From the NCBI GenBank assembly GCA_963764165.1, contig CAVXRD010000001.1:512001-576000 (forward strand): a DNA stretch of 64,000 nt. The letters run 5' to 3'. The notes beneath the pieces were generated by a model. That model worked only from the letters and a program-made list of their open reading frames with translations, made no database searches and was not told the DNA's origin. The position numbers and the translations under genes are program-made. Source of the DNA: an uncultured Verrucomicrobiae bacterium. Its GTDB lineage: Bacteria > Verrucomicrobiota > Verrucomicrobiia > Limisphaerales > Palsa-1400. This document shows positions 18,933 through 29,260 of this stretch, one piece after another (position 1 is the stretch's first letter; each line of letters starts with the position of its first letter).

Positions 18933-20330
18933 TCATTTGTTTGACTCAGATAGGCGCGTTACGAACTCATCGATCTCCCTGCCAAGCGCCGGGATTCGCT
19001 GGGTGTAGGCGATCGGATTGTCCCGGATGTGGGATGGGAATATTTTGCTGTCCGCGAATTCCTCGTCGGCGTAGCGCTCGCCCAGGTTGCCGATGATGGC
19101 GATGATGTAATGCCGGAATGGCTTGCCGGGAAGGGATGACACGATGCCCGCGTCTGAGCCGTAGTTGAAGGTCCAGCCTGTCTTGTGGGCGAAATTGACC
19201 TCGGCCCTGGCGTTGGCTTCGCGGATATCCACTCCGTAATCGGTTTCACCCACCACGACGTGGCCGGTGCCTGGATTGATCCAGCGCTCCGAGACGCGCG
19301 AGGGAATGCCGGGGCGAATGTGCGGCTTGCCGGGCATGTTGGCCGTCGTGAGGGCATTGTTGAAGGCTTGATCGGACAGGGTCTTTTTGAGGTAGGCGCG
19401 CGACGAATCGGAAAGAGTTTGCGCGCTCACGGGTTTGCCATCGGCCCCTGTCCACAGCGTGGCCGGGCCGCCGTCGATCAGCCAGAAGAGACGTGCGACG
19501 TCCCAGGCTGTCATGTGAATTTGTCCGGGCGACCAGGTCCGCCCGTCCTTGGGGTTGGTTCCGTTGATTTGCAGGGTGACCAGGTTCATGTCGCGGAACT
19601 CGCGATTGAGCGGTTCGATTTCGTTCTTATCATGAAACATCTTGAGCAGCGCGCTGGTGGCGTGGTTGTCCGACACAGTGAGCATAGGGTCTATCCACTC
19701 GCGAATTTTTCGCGTTTCCGGCGAGGCGCCTTGGACGGCATACGTGTAATCGGAATCGAGGGTAATTTTTCCCGCATCAACCATGCGCATGGCATGGAAG
19801 GCAACCATGATCTTGAACAGCGAGGCGGGATACGGGGCCATGAAACGATAAGGCGCGCCCTGGCGGCCCGGAAGGATGTCGTCGGCTTCCGTCAATGGCG
19901 GGTTGTCCGTCCAGCCTTTGGCGGAAAGCTGGTTGCCGTCGTCCGGGGAGAACGTGCCGCCGTCCGACCGTTCGATGTCCCAGCGAAGGAAGCGGACGGC
20001 GCTTGCGCAGAGGCTTTTATCCAGCGGCACGACCAGGCCGTCGGGATAATCCCGCGAAAGGATCACGTAGGCGCGATCCACCATCTTTCCTGAGGCATCG
20101 AGCTGGATGACGGCCACGTTGACGTTTGGAGGATGCGCGATTTTGCGTCCCGGCTGGCCGAGATGCGCCCTGACAGGCCGGCTCTCATTGCCCGCGCCGA
20201 AGTCAATCACATTTTCAAAATGCGCGGCGCGCACAGCGGCCAGCAGATTGGATTCCAAAGGGGAAAAAGGCTGCGCGCGGGACGTGCAGCAAGCCGCCGT
20301 CATAAAAAGAATGGCGAGACAGAATTTCAT
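18933..20330 (-). CDS. Secreted serine hydrolase, class A beta-lactamase/PBP-like fold
   Basis: SxxK (PASLFK), SDN and HKTG motifs; signal peptide from ATG 20330. Confidence 0.8.
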   Translation of the reverse strand: MKFCLAILFMTAACCTSRAQPFSPLESNLLAAVRAAHFENVIDFGAGNESRPVRAHLGQPGRKIAHPPNVNVAVIQLDASGKMVDRAYVILSRDYPDGLVVPLDKSLCASAVRFLRWDIERSDGGTFSPDDGNQLSAKGWTDNPPLTEADDILPGRQGAPYRFMAPYPASLFKIMVAFHAMRMVDAGKITLDSDYTYAVQGASPETRKIREWIDPMLTVSDNHATSALLKMFHDKNEIEPLNREFRDMNLVTLQINGTNPKDGRTWSPGQIHMTAWDVARLFWLIDGGPATLWTGADGKPVSAQTLSDSSRAYLKKTLSDQAFNNALTTANMPGKPHIRPGIPSRVSERWINPGTGHVVVGETDYGVDIREANARAEVNFAHKTGWTFNYGSDAGIVSSLPGKPFRHYIIAIIGNLGERYADEEFADSKIFPSHIRDNPIAYTQRIPALGREIDEFVTRLSESNK

Positions 20331-20447
20331 TCCGTGGTTGTTACAAAAGACACTCGGCTTAACGCAACACTTTAACCGCAACAATTCGGTTCCCCGACGA
20401 TTTCGGAGGAAAAGCAGTGCCGAATTTGATTCATTTCGGCGAGGAAA

Positions 20448-20603
20448 CTCTGCGCTCTCCGCGCCTCTGCGCGATTGCGTTTAATGCCACGATGAACCAA
20501 ATCAGATTTCCGCACAGATCGTCACTGCTGCTTACCGCGTCCACACGCAGCTTGACCCTCGACTGGGAAAGAATTTTCGCGCAGAGAAGATGAGTGCGCA
20601 GAG
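20448..20603 (+). pseudogene. Degenerate GxxExxY-family 5' remnant between CTCTGCG/CGCAGAG-type repeats
   Basis: One frame reads EPNQISAQIVTAAYRVHTQLDPRLG, resembling the GxxExxY N-terminus (..IV.AA..VH..LGPGL); flanked by CTCTGCGCTCTCCGCGCCTCTGCGCG and CGCGCAGAG..GCGCAGAG. Confidence 0.5.
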
Positions 20604-20827
20604 CAACACAACGACAGGTCGCGTTGAGTCTTCCATTTCCAGCCCGCGCGCTCAAATACCATAAACGGGTGAGCAGGCATCACCTGAAATGGTGAGGTGG
20701 TTTTGGTTGAAGGCACTGAGCAGTGACGGTATATACTTGGGTAAGCTATTGGGAGTTGAGCAAGGCCCAAGGAACGCAAAAAAACGATTCGACGCCCAAT
20801 GCGACTAAACTCTTCCAACGTGCTATT

Positions 20828-23800
20828 TTGAAATCCATTTATCCATTACGCGCGGCCTGCCGTCTTGCCGCGGTTCTTGCATTTTTCGTTCACGCATTTT
20901 TGTTGCAGGCGCAGCAATCCGCGCTCCAACCATTCAATTTGCACTGCGATGCGCGCACCAATCCGATGGGCATCGATGACACGACGCCGACGCTGAGCTG
21001 GCAGTTGCAAAGCGCGCAAACGGGAACCGCCTATCGCGGAATGACACAGACGGCTTACGAGGTTCAAGTCGGCTCGCAGGCCGGCGGTTCGGATTTGTGG
21101 GATAGCGGCATGGTGGCGAGTTCGGATTCGCTCCACGCCTTGTATGGGGGCAAAGCGCTGACGAACAACGAAGTTTGTTATTGGCAGGTGCGCGTTTACG
21201 ACGGCAATGGACTCTCGTCCCCTTGGAGCGCCTCGGCGCAATGGTCGATGGGCCTCATCCACCAAACCAATTGGCTCGCGCAATGGATCGGTTACGACGC
21301 CGCGTATTCCCCCACCTCGCCGCAACTCGCGCCCATCGCCACCTTCAACACCTCGGGGCTGAGCTGGGTGGGATTGCCATCCGGCACCGGCACGCCGGGA
21401 GTCAATCAAGTTTCGCTTCGCAAACAAATTGTCCTGCCCACAAATCAGACGATCACCAACGCGGTGTTTTGCGTTTACGCGGATAACTACTGCATCGCCT
21501 ACGTGAACGGCACGCGGACAACGAACGACGCCGCCCGCTGGGAAGCGACGGCGCTGATGAACGTCACCCCCCTGCTCCACGCGGGCACAAATGTCCTGGG
21601 TCTTTCCGCCACCAATTCTGACCAGGTTCCAGCCACCGTTATCGGGCAGCTCGTTGTGCAATATGCTTCGGGCGCCGTGACGAATATTCCAGTTGATGGC
21701 ACCTGGCAGGCGGCGCAATTGCCGTCGCCGACGTGGACTCAAGTTTCGTTCAACGCCTCGTCGTGGCCGAACGCGAGTGGTGGCAACGGCAATGCCTGGG
21801 GCACGCCGTCGTTGAACGATTTGCCGCGCATGCCGGCGCCGTATTTGCGCAAGGATTTCTCAGTCGGCCAAACGGTCATGCGCGCGACCGTTTTTGTCAC
21901 CGCCCTTGGAACCTACGAATTGCACCTGAATGGCCAGAAGGTTGGCAAGGACGTGCTAGCTCCCGGCTGGACGCAATTTACCAAGCGCGTCTACTACCAG
22001 ACTTACGATGTCACGAGCCTCGTGCAAGCCGGCTCAAACACAATCGGCGCGATTCTGGGTGATGGCTGGTATGCGAGCGATCTCGCCTTCAAGGGCACGC
22101 GCTGCAATTACGGCGGCGTCCCGCGTTTCATGGCGCAGCTTGTTCTCCAACTCGCCGATGGCACCCAGCAAACCATTGTCACCGACAATTCATGGAAAGC
22201 CAGCTACGGGCCAATCCAGTTCGGCGATTTGTTGATGGGCTCCAAATATGATGCGCGTCTGGAAATGCCCGGCTGGGACATGACAAACTTCGTCGACAGC
22301 GCCTGGTCGCCGGTGGCCACTGGAACTGGTGCGGCGGGATTTGGCTACACCAATGTCACGTCGCTAGTGGCGAGTTTCGTCCACAACAACACGCTCAATT
22401 TCACGGTAAACAACACAACCATGGGCGGCGATCCCGATTATGGCGTAGCCAAGGTGCTGGCCTTGACGTATTCGCTGAATGGCATAACTCAAACGGTTCA
22501 ATATGCGGAAAACACTGCGATCTCGCTCGGCGGCAGCGGGCAAACGCTGGTGGTTCTCAGCGCATACTACGGCGGCCCGAATTCCATTCCCGGCAACGGC
22601 GGTTTTCTAATCACCGGCGCCATTACCGAACCGTCCCGCTGTTTTGAGAATATTCCTGCCACGAACATGACCCAGCCAGCGGCGGGATGTTACACGTTTG
22701 ATCTCGGCCAGAACATCGCAGGCTGGGCGCGCATCACCGTTTCCGGGAACGCCGGCGACATCATCACAGTGCGCCACGGCGAAATGCTCAATCCGGGCGG
22801 GCTCATTTACACGGCAAATCTTCGCGGGGCGGAGGCGACGGATACCTACATTCTTTCCAGCAATGGCGTTTCGACGTTCGAGCCGCGCTTCACTTTCCAC
22901 GGATTCCGCTATGTGGAAATCCGCGGTCTTTCGACGCCGCCGACGGTCGCTGCCGTAACTGGGGTGGTTGTTCATTCGGATATGGCGCCGACCGGCAGTT
23001 TCCAGAGTTCCAGCCCGCTGCTAAATCATCTTTACAGCAACATTGTTTGGAGCCACAAAGGAAATTACCTCGAAGTCCCGACCGATTGCCCGCAGCGCGA
23101 CGAGCGCATGGGTTGGACGGGTGACACGGAATTCTTTATCCCGACGGCGGCCTACAACTTCGACATTCAATCGTTTTTCCGCCGCCACATGCTAACGTAT
23201 GACGAAGACAGCATCTACGCTAATGGCTCAATGCCGAACGTTGCCCCGGACCTCAGTGTCGGGACGGCCGGCATCGCATGGAGCGACGCCAGTTGGATTT
23301 GCCCCGACACGATTTATCGCGCATATGGCGACACCAACATCATCGCCGACAACTACGCCGCGATGCAAAGTTACGGCGCGTATCTTTCAAACTACACCTC
23401 GGGCTATACTTTGCCGAGCACGCCCGGTGATTTGGGCGATTGGCTAAACCTCGGCGGGGCGGCTTCAGAACAGGTCATTGACACGGCATTCTATGCCGGT
23501 TACGCGCAAGCGATGTCGGAAATGGCCGGAGCCATCGGGCGCACGAATGACGCCGTTATGTATGCGACGCTGCACAGCAATATCGCCAACGCCTTCGGCA
23601 GTTTCTTCAATTCCAGCGGCGCTTTTTCCGACGGCAGCAGCCAGACGGGTTACGCGCTGGCTTACACCTTCGGCTTGGTTCCCACCAACCTTGCCTCGAA
23701 AATCTCGCAGCAATTTGCGAATTCCATTGCTTCCTACGATTACCATCTGGCGACGGGTTTTATTGGAACGCCGCGGCTTCTGCCGGCCCTGCATCTCGCG

Positions 23801-25105
23801 GGATTGGATAACTTGGCCTACACCGTTTTGCTCCAGCAAACGTATCCGTCGTGGCTCTACCAGGTGACGCTTGGCGCGACAACCATGTGGGAGCGTTGGG
23901 ACGGCTGGACGCCTGCGGCGGGATTTGAGACGCAGACGATGAATTCGTTCAACCACTATTCCTTTGGCGCTGTCGGGCAATATCTCTACGATGCGGTGGG
24001 AGGAATTTCTTCCACCAGCCCAGGATACAAAACGATCCAAATCGCGCCGATACCAGGGAACGGGCTGACATGGGCAGCCACCAGCTACGACTCGGCGCGC
24101 GGAATGATTTCGACGGCGTGGACGAATTTCGGCGGGGAATTAAATCTCGCCGTGACGATCCCGCCAAACACCACGGCGCAAGTCTTGGTGCCGACGATCA
24201 ACACCAACGGCGTCACCGAAAGCGGGATGCCCGCGGGTTCGTCGCCGGGCGTCGCGTATCTTGGCTATTCCAATGGCGCGGCGATGTATGCCGTCGGTTC
24301 GGGAAATTATTTCTTTGTTGCGCCGCAGCAAATCCAGGTGAGCGCGACCGAGACGGACGCCGTCTACGCGGGCGGCAGTTTTCCGCCTTTGCATCCCGGC
24401 GATCTGATCACCAACTCCTCGACAACGGTTGTTTCAAACCAACTCGCGCTCGGCCCGGAAAACGAATTTCCTTACACATACCTGCGCGATGGAAAAATCG
24501 GCGCGCCGAACACGACAAATTACAGCGTTGAAATCAGCGGCGGCTACATCACGTATAATCTCGGTGCAGGTCCCTCAAACGCGGGCTACACCATAACCAA
24601 TCTTACGACTTACACGGCCTGGCGCGACAACGGCCGCGAAGATGCCAATTACAGCGTCCTTTGGTCGCCGGATGGTTCAAATTATTTCACTGCTGCCACA
24701 GTTTCGTATAACCCGTCGCCTTATCCCACTACCAACGGCACGGGCGGCACTGTCACGTCGCTGGCGATGGCGAACTTGACGGGCGTTCGCTATCTCACCT
24801 GGAATTTCTCCGCGGGCCAGCAAAACGGCGGCGTCGGGTATACAGAACTCGCGGCTTACGGCGTTCCAACAGTGCCGTTGCAGCCAGCCACGATCAGCGC
24901 GGCCATGTCGCCCTCGGGAGGGACATTCGTGATGTCGGCCAGCGGGCTTTCCACCGGGCAGACATACGTGCTGCAAGCGACAACGAACCTCGCCAACCCA
25001 TCGTGGGTGGCGCAAACAAATTTCGTCGCGACCCAGGCTTCGATGACAATCACCAATTCCACCAGCGCCAGTTCGCAAATGTTCTACCGGTTGGTCGGCT
25101 ATTGA
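20828..25105 (+). CDS. Multidomain secreted alpha-L-rhamnosidase, GH78 (CBM67-like insert, lectin-like insert, C-terminal verrucomicrobial domain)
   Basis: DLGQNIAG, FTFHGFRY, PTDCPQRDERMGWTGD, GATTMWERW, MNSFNHY; start uncertain (TTG 20828 precedes the signal peptide; ORF is open from 20723). Confidence 0.93.
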   Translation: MKSIYPLRAACRLAAVLAFFVHAFLLQAQQSALQPFNLHCDARTNPMGIDDTTPTLSWQLQSAQTGTAYRGMTQTAYEVQVGSQAGGSDLWDSGMVASSDSLHALYGGKALTNNEVCYWQVRVYDGNGLSSPWSASAQWSMGLIHQTNWLAQWIGYDAAYSPTSPQLAPIATFNTSGLSWVGLPSGTGTPGVNQVSLRKQIVLPTNQTITNAVFCVYADNYCIAYVNGTRTTNDAARWEATALMNVTPLLHAGTNVLGLSATNSDQVPATVIGQLVVQYASGAVTNIPVDGTWQAAQLPSPTWTQVSFNASSWPNASGGNGNAWGTPSLNDLPRMPAPYLRKDFSVGQTVMRATVFVTALGTYELHLNGQKVGKDVLAPGWTQFTKRVYYQTYDVTSLVQAGSNTIGAILGDGWYASDLAFKGTRCNYGGVPRFMAQLVLQLADGTQQTIVTDNSWKASYGPIQFGDLLMGSKYDARLEMPGWDMTNFVDSAWSPVATGTGAAGFGYTNVTSLVASFVHNNTLNFTVNNTTMGGDPDYGVAKVLALTYSLNGITQTVQYAENTAISLGGSGQTLVVLSAYYGGPNSIPGNGGFLITGAITEPSRCFENIPATNMTQPAAGCYTFDLGQNIAGWARITVSGNAGDIITVRHGEMLNPGGLIYTANLRGAEATDTYILSSNGVSTFEPRFTFHGFRYVEIRGLSTPPTVAAVTGVVVHSDMAPTGSFQSSSPLLNHLYSNIVWSHKGNYLEVPTDCPQRDERMGWTGDTEFFIPTAAYNFDIQSFFRRHMLTYDEDSIYANGSMPNVAPDLSVGTAGIAWSDASWICPDTIYRAYGDTNIIADNYAAMQSYGAYLSNYTSGYTLPSTPGDLGDWLNLGGAASEQVIDTAFYAGYAQAMSEMAGAIGRTNDAVMYATLHSNIANAFGSFFNSSGAFSDGSSQTGYALAYTFGLVPTNLASKISQQFANSIASYDYHLATGFIGTPRLLPALHLAGLDNLAYTVLLQQTYPSWLYQVTLGATTMWERWDGWTPAAGFETQTMNSFNHYSFGAVGQYLYDAVGGISSTSPGYKTIQIAPIPGNGLTWAATSYDSARGMISTAWTNFGGELNLAVTIPPNTTAQVLVPTINTNGVTESGMPAGSSPGVAYLGYSNGAAMYAVGSGNYFFVAPQQIQVSATETDAVYAGGSFPPLHPGDLITNSSTTVVSNQLALGPENEFPYTYLRDGKIGAPNTTNYSVEISGGYITYNLGAGPSNAGYTITNLTTYTAWRDNGREDANYSVLWSPDGSNYFTAATVSYNPSPYPTTNGTGGTVTSLAMANLTGVRYLTWNFSAGQQNGGVGYTELAAYGVPTVPLQPATISAAMSPSGGTFVMSASGLSTGQTYVLQATTNLANPSWVAQTNFVATQASMTITNSTSASSQMFYRLVGY

Positions 25106-25131
25106 TGCGGTGCGGCGCATGGCCCCGAAAA

Positions 25132-25294
25132 GGTAGCGCCTCGCCGAGGCGTCCGATGCTGTGGCAGCATTCGAGCACGGCCATTTTTTCGAAAGCTGGG
25201 CGCGAAGACTCTTTCGGATTTGCCGGATCTTTGGACGAAATTTTACGCCCGCAAAACTCCACATCCCCGGACGCCTCAGCGAGGCGTCCCTACC
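25132..25294. repeat. REPIN: inverted pair of GTAG-type REPs
   Basis: GGTAGCGCCTCGCCGAGGCGTCC ... GGACGCCTCAGCGAGGCGTCCCTACC. Confidence 0.8.
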
Positions 25295-25313
25295 TCGTTT
25301 CGCTATTATAGGC

Positions 25314-27593
25314 TCACGCGCCTTTAACCACGCCCTTGCGAAATGCGATGAGCCATACACCGCACGCCACGAGTGAGGTCGCGGAGATGACCACTCCGGT
25401 TTCGAAGGCCGCGTCCTTATATATGACATCAACTTCGTGCGCGCCGGCGGGAACTTCGAGCGCCTGAAACGCGTAATTGGCCCGCCACAATGGCGTTTCA
25501 TTTCCATCGACGCGGGCGCGCCAGTTTGGAAAATATGTTTGAGCGATCACCACCATCGCAGGAGTGGCGCTTTGTGTTTTGAAATGGATTGCGTGCGCGG
25601 AGAATTGCGGGAAAAGAATTTCGGAGCCCCCGCCGCCGCTCGCATGCACGGCATTCCGCGCATCGTCCAGCAGGCAGACGAGGCGCGACGAATCGAATTG
25701 GTCGGAAAAAATCGTGGTCAGCGCATTGGCCTCGCTGAGGAAAATTGGCTTTTGACCAGCGGAGATCAACGGGCGCGCTGTCGGTCGATGATTCCATCCA
25801 AAGACATTGGTGGGATTGCCGATTTCGGAAATTCCCAAAAAATCCAGCAGTCCCACGGCGTCGTTGGTTCCAAAATAAACTCCTTTGAAAATATTCAAAT
25901 ACAGAGGCGAATCGAGCGGCGTGAATCCATCAAACTTCGCGGCGTCATCCAGCAAATTAAGGTTCATGAACATCGAGTAGCGGCGGGCCTGGAGATCGTC
26001 ATCGGGATCCTTGGAGCCGTGGTTGAGCATCACCCAAAAGGTCTCTTTGCCCCGCATGGCGCGGGTGGTTCCAGCGCGCATCTCATCACGCCAGCCGAAC
26101 AACTGGCGAACCATGCCCGGCTCGAACTGCCCCACCGACGCCGTCGGGCTTAGGTCCGGCGCGTGCGTCAGCACGTCCATCCAGGCCAGAAAAAGCACGC
26201 CTGCCTGCGCACAGCGTTGTGTCTTCGCGCCGCCAAGCCGGAAGGCGAACGGGATGCAGCCCGCCGTGGCAATCAAGAACACACATCGCAGCCCGGCGTT
26301 GCCGAGAATTGTGCCAAAGTCGTCACCTTGCGGATGCAACTTCTCGAACGCCACCACGGTGGCCACCAGCGCCAGCGCAGCGAACACCAGTCGTTTCGCA
26401 TGATTCCACTCCACGCGCCACTTCTCCGGCTCGGCCTTCGTCAGCCAGACGACTCCAAAGGCCGCCAGCAACGGCAGGGCAAACGTCACCATCATCACAT
26501 ACTTCACTGGGAAGCGAATAAAACCGAGAATGGGAATGAGCTTGACAGCAAATTCCTGGACGAATCCGCCCTCCCCAAACGACATGAGCAACCCGACCGC
26601 CGCCACGCCGGCGAGCAACCGGACGCGGACATCGCGCGAGCGCCACACCGCCAACAGCGCCAATACGACTATGCTGATTCCCACGTAATACGATCCCGTC
26701 CACGGCTGGTTCGCCTGCATGTAAACGCCGTTGTAATTTGGCTGGCAGTGAAACAGCGGCACGAAGTAATTGATCCATCCCGTCAACGGCATCGCGGCGA
26801 TTTGTCCGTAGTCGCTTGTGGCAAAATCGGCGGTTCGATGCGACTGCCCGAGGAACGACACGAACGGAAGCACTTGGGCCATCGCCAGACCCGCGCCGAG
26901 AATCGCCGGAGTGAGGCTTCGCGCGAAAATTTGCCATTGCGCTTTGGGCCGCGCGGCCAAGTCAGCGGCGGCCAGCAATACCGCAATGACTGCTGTTTGG
27001 AGAACTAATTCCGCCCCGCCCGAAAGAAGCTGCAAGCCAACCGCCAGCGCCGCGTAAACAATAAATTTCCCGCCCTCCTCCCGCGCCCGCTCCAGCAACA
27101 GGATAACCCACGGCATCCATCCCATCGCGGCTTCCATATACGGCCACATGACGCCGTACCAGGTGAATCCGTTGAAGGCAAACACCAATCCGGCCAGGGA
27201 TGCTGCAAAACAATTTCCCGTCCAGCGCCGCGTTAGAAAATACATTCCCATTCCGCCAAGAAACATGTGGCCAAGGGAAAACATCCCGAACGACCACGGC
27301 ATTGGGAAGATCACATAAAAAAGCGCGGGCGGATAAAGCGCCATGGTGTTCCATTGGGCCAGGAACGGAATGCCGCAGCTATTGAGCGGATTCCAGAGTG
27401 GAATCTCTCCCCGCCGGATGGACTCGCGCAAATAATATCCAAACGGGTAGGCGAATTGCGAAGCGTCGCCATAACCGAAGGCGCGCCACGCAAGAACGAC
27501 CTTGGGAAAGCTCGCGGCAAGGATTAACGCCAGCAAAATGGCGAACCGCACGGGCGAAAACCAGGCGAGCGCGGATTTCTCGGAAGTCACCAT
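25314..27593 (-). CDS. YfhO-family polytopic membrane protein (GT-C-like)
   Basis: GD..QFAYP...GEIPLWNP...GIPFLA...LYP; RFP; C-terminal YFPNWRARVDG...RANYAFQAL.VPAG.H.V. Confidence 0.85.
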   Translation of the reverse strand: MVTSEKSALAWFSPVRFAILLALILAASFPKVVLAWRAFGYGDASQFAYPFGYYLRESIRRGEIPLWNPLNSCGIPFLAQWNTMALYPPALFYVIFPMPWSFGMFSLGHMFLGGMGMYFLTRRWTGNCFAASLAGLVFAFNGFTWYGVMWPYMEAAMGWMPWVILLLERAREEGGKFIVYAALAVGLQLLSGGAELVLQTAVIAVLLAAADLAARPKAQWQIFARSLTPAILGAGLAMAQVLPFVSFLGQSHRTADFATSDYGQIAAMPLTGWINYFVPLFHCQPNYNGVYMQANQPWTGSYYVGISIVVLALLAVWRSRDVRVRLLAGVAAVGLLMSFGEGGFVQEFAVKLIPILGFIRFPVKYVMMVTFALPLLAAFGVVWLTKAEPEKWRVEWNHAKRLVFAALALVATVVAFEKLHPQGDDFGTILGNAGLRCVFLIATAGCIPFAFRLGGAKTQRCAQAGVLFLAWMDVLTHAPDLSPTASVGQFEPGMVRQLFGWRDEMRAGTTRAMRGKETFWVMLNHGSKDPDDDLQARRYSMFMNLNLLDDAAKFDGFTPLDSPLYLNIFKGVYFGTNDAVGLLDFLGISEIGNPTNVFGWNHRPTARPLISAGQKPIFLSEANALTTIFSDQFDSSRLVCLLDDARNAVHASGGGGSEILFPQFSAHAIHFKTQSATPAMVVIAQTYFPNWRARVDGNETPLWRANYAFQALEVPAGAHEVDVIYKDAAFETGVVISATSLVACGVWLIAFRKGVVKGA

Positions 27594-29185
27594 AAATGAA
27601 CCGGGTATTCCCACACCCAGTCTCCTTCTTTTTCGTCGAACATTTTCTTGCCATTAACACCGCCGTCGTCCGTTTCATTCCAGCCCACCGAGTAAAGAAC
27701 GAACTGGCCGTCCTTTGTTAGGTGATATTTATAGGGCTTTCCGGTGATCACATCGTTGGGCACTTGAGACATAAATTTCGGTGTCAACTCGTCCAAGGTC
27801 TCCGGGAATTGCCGGTTGGCCAGGCGGTATCGCTCAAGGGCACAGGCGATGGCGGCTTGGTTGGCGGCTGTCTGCGACGCCGCTGCTCTGATGATCAATT
27901 TGCTTAAAAAATCAAGATTTGCCGACATGGCCCAATGTTGCACGATGGACTTCAACGACAGGCGCTCGGAGGACTCTCGAAATTTTCTGGTTAATCCTGC
28001 GCGGTTCGACGCGTCGATCGCTGGGAAGACCCGTTTCGCAGGCGAATCGAAAATTCCCCGTATTCGAGCGTCAAAAGACTCGCAGTATCCCAGAGTTTCC
28101 AGATCATACCATCCGGAAGGCATGATTTTGCCCACCAGATCAAGTAACTTTTTATGCGAGGTCGGCTGGCCGATGTTGTCGGAATCGCCGATTTCAAGAT
28201 AGTAGAGGTCATCCAACTGGCCGAGACCTGTCTTTCTCAAATGCGCTATTTCACGTATCCCGAATGTGCGCTCCCCTATGATTGGTTGAACGATGTCCGC
28301 GAGAAAATCATATTGTTCCAGACATTTCTGGAGATCCAGCAATTGTGATTCATCCCAATGGTGTTCGGCCAAGCCTTCCCAGATTGGTTGAATCACGATT
28401 TGAAAGTCAAATATACGAACCAAAGAGGAGATGACAACAGGCTCCGTCTTGACGGAATCTGTCAAATAGAGCGCCAGCTTCACATGACTCAGCGCCAAAT
28501 CCGGTTTCCCCGCCGCCAGTTCTGCGCCCGCCAGCAGATTCAGTCGCTGGCAAATTCTTTTGATATTAGCAAGATGGCTGAACAAAATCTGCGCAGGATC
28601 CTCCGCGTCGAAATTGAGGGGAAAACGGCAGGAAGGCCGGGCGCTGGCCGCTTGAAGTTCAGCAAAGGCCTCGTCATCCGGCTTCATTCCTTCCAAGACC
28701 GCCAAAGCGGCAGATCGCCGAGCGTCCGGGTCCGTTTCATCCGACTCAAAATTTTGACCAGCCTTCAGTTCACCAGCCTGGAGCGCAATCCAAGCCTTCT
28801 GCCAGCCTACGAGGTCCAGAAAATGGCGGTGCCCCAGAAAGGATTGGTAATTTGTATGAAAAACATAATCGTCGGCGCGGGCGAAAAGATCGTTGGTAAG
28901 AATGGGTTCCTTGCCTTGAAACAATGATTGAGCGATGGGGGTTTTGGCGAAATTCTCCTCATCGGAGACAGGTTTTGGAACAAGCGAGAGAAAATCTAGC
29001 GTCTCGCCGCGCGCCTCCGCGGCCTTGCGATACCGTTTCCAATCTCGTTGGCCGCGCCAATCCTCCTCGGCGTAAAATGCTCCCGTCAGCACAGCCACAC
29101 CCGCCAGCCACATCAGGGAGCAACGCCACCAAGGCCCTCGAAAGAGCCAGCACGTCCACCGCGGCTGGGGCATGGCAGGTTTCAT
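27587..29185 (-). CDS. Hypothetical membrane-anchored protein with pseudopilin/GspG-like C-terminus
   Basis: N-terminal TM then YAEEDWRG; C-terminal AIACALERYRLA...PETLDEL.P...PND...YSVGWNETDDGG. Confidence 0.7.
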   Translation of the reverse strand: MKPAMPQPRWTCWLFRGPWWRCSLMWLAGVAVLTGAFYAEEDWRGQRDWKRYRKAAEARGETLDFLSLVPKPVSDEENFAKTPIAQSLFQGKEPILTNDLFARADDYVFHTNYQSFLGHRHFLDLVGWQKAWIALQAGELKAGQNFESDETDPDARRSAALAVLEGMKPDDEAFAELQAASARPSCRFPLNFDAEDPAQILFSHLANIKRICQRLNLLAGAELAAGKPDLALSHVKLALYLTDSVKTEPVVISSLVRIFDFQIVIQPIWEGLAEHHWDESQLLDLQKCLEQYDFLADIVQPIIGERTFGIREIAHLRKTGLGQLDDLYYLEIGDSDNIGQPTSHKKLLDLVGKIMPSGWYDLETLGYCESFDARIRGIFDSPAKRVFPAIDASNRAGLTRKFRESSERLSLKSIVQHWAMSANLDFLSKLIIRAAASQTAANQAAIACALERYRLANRQFPETLDELTPKFMSQVPNDVITGKPYKYHLTKDGQFVLYSVGWNETDDGGVNGKKMFDEKEGDWVWEYPVHLW

Positions 29186-29260
29186 CCGTTGTCCGGGGAC
29201 AATAAGCCGGGCCTCAGGTTAGGGCAATGCATCATCTCCCCGGTTCGTGTGCGCGCCTCC

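Noticed and set aside
18933..20330. Bona fide antibiotic-resistance beta-lactamase
   Set aside because: SxxK/SDN/KTG are present, but the protein has large insertions and no clear omega-loop Glu; only the fold is supported
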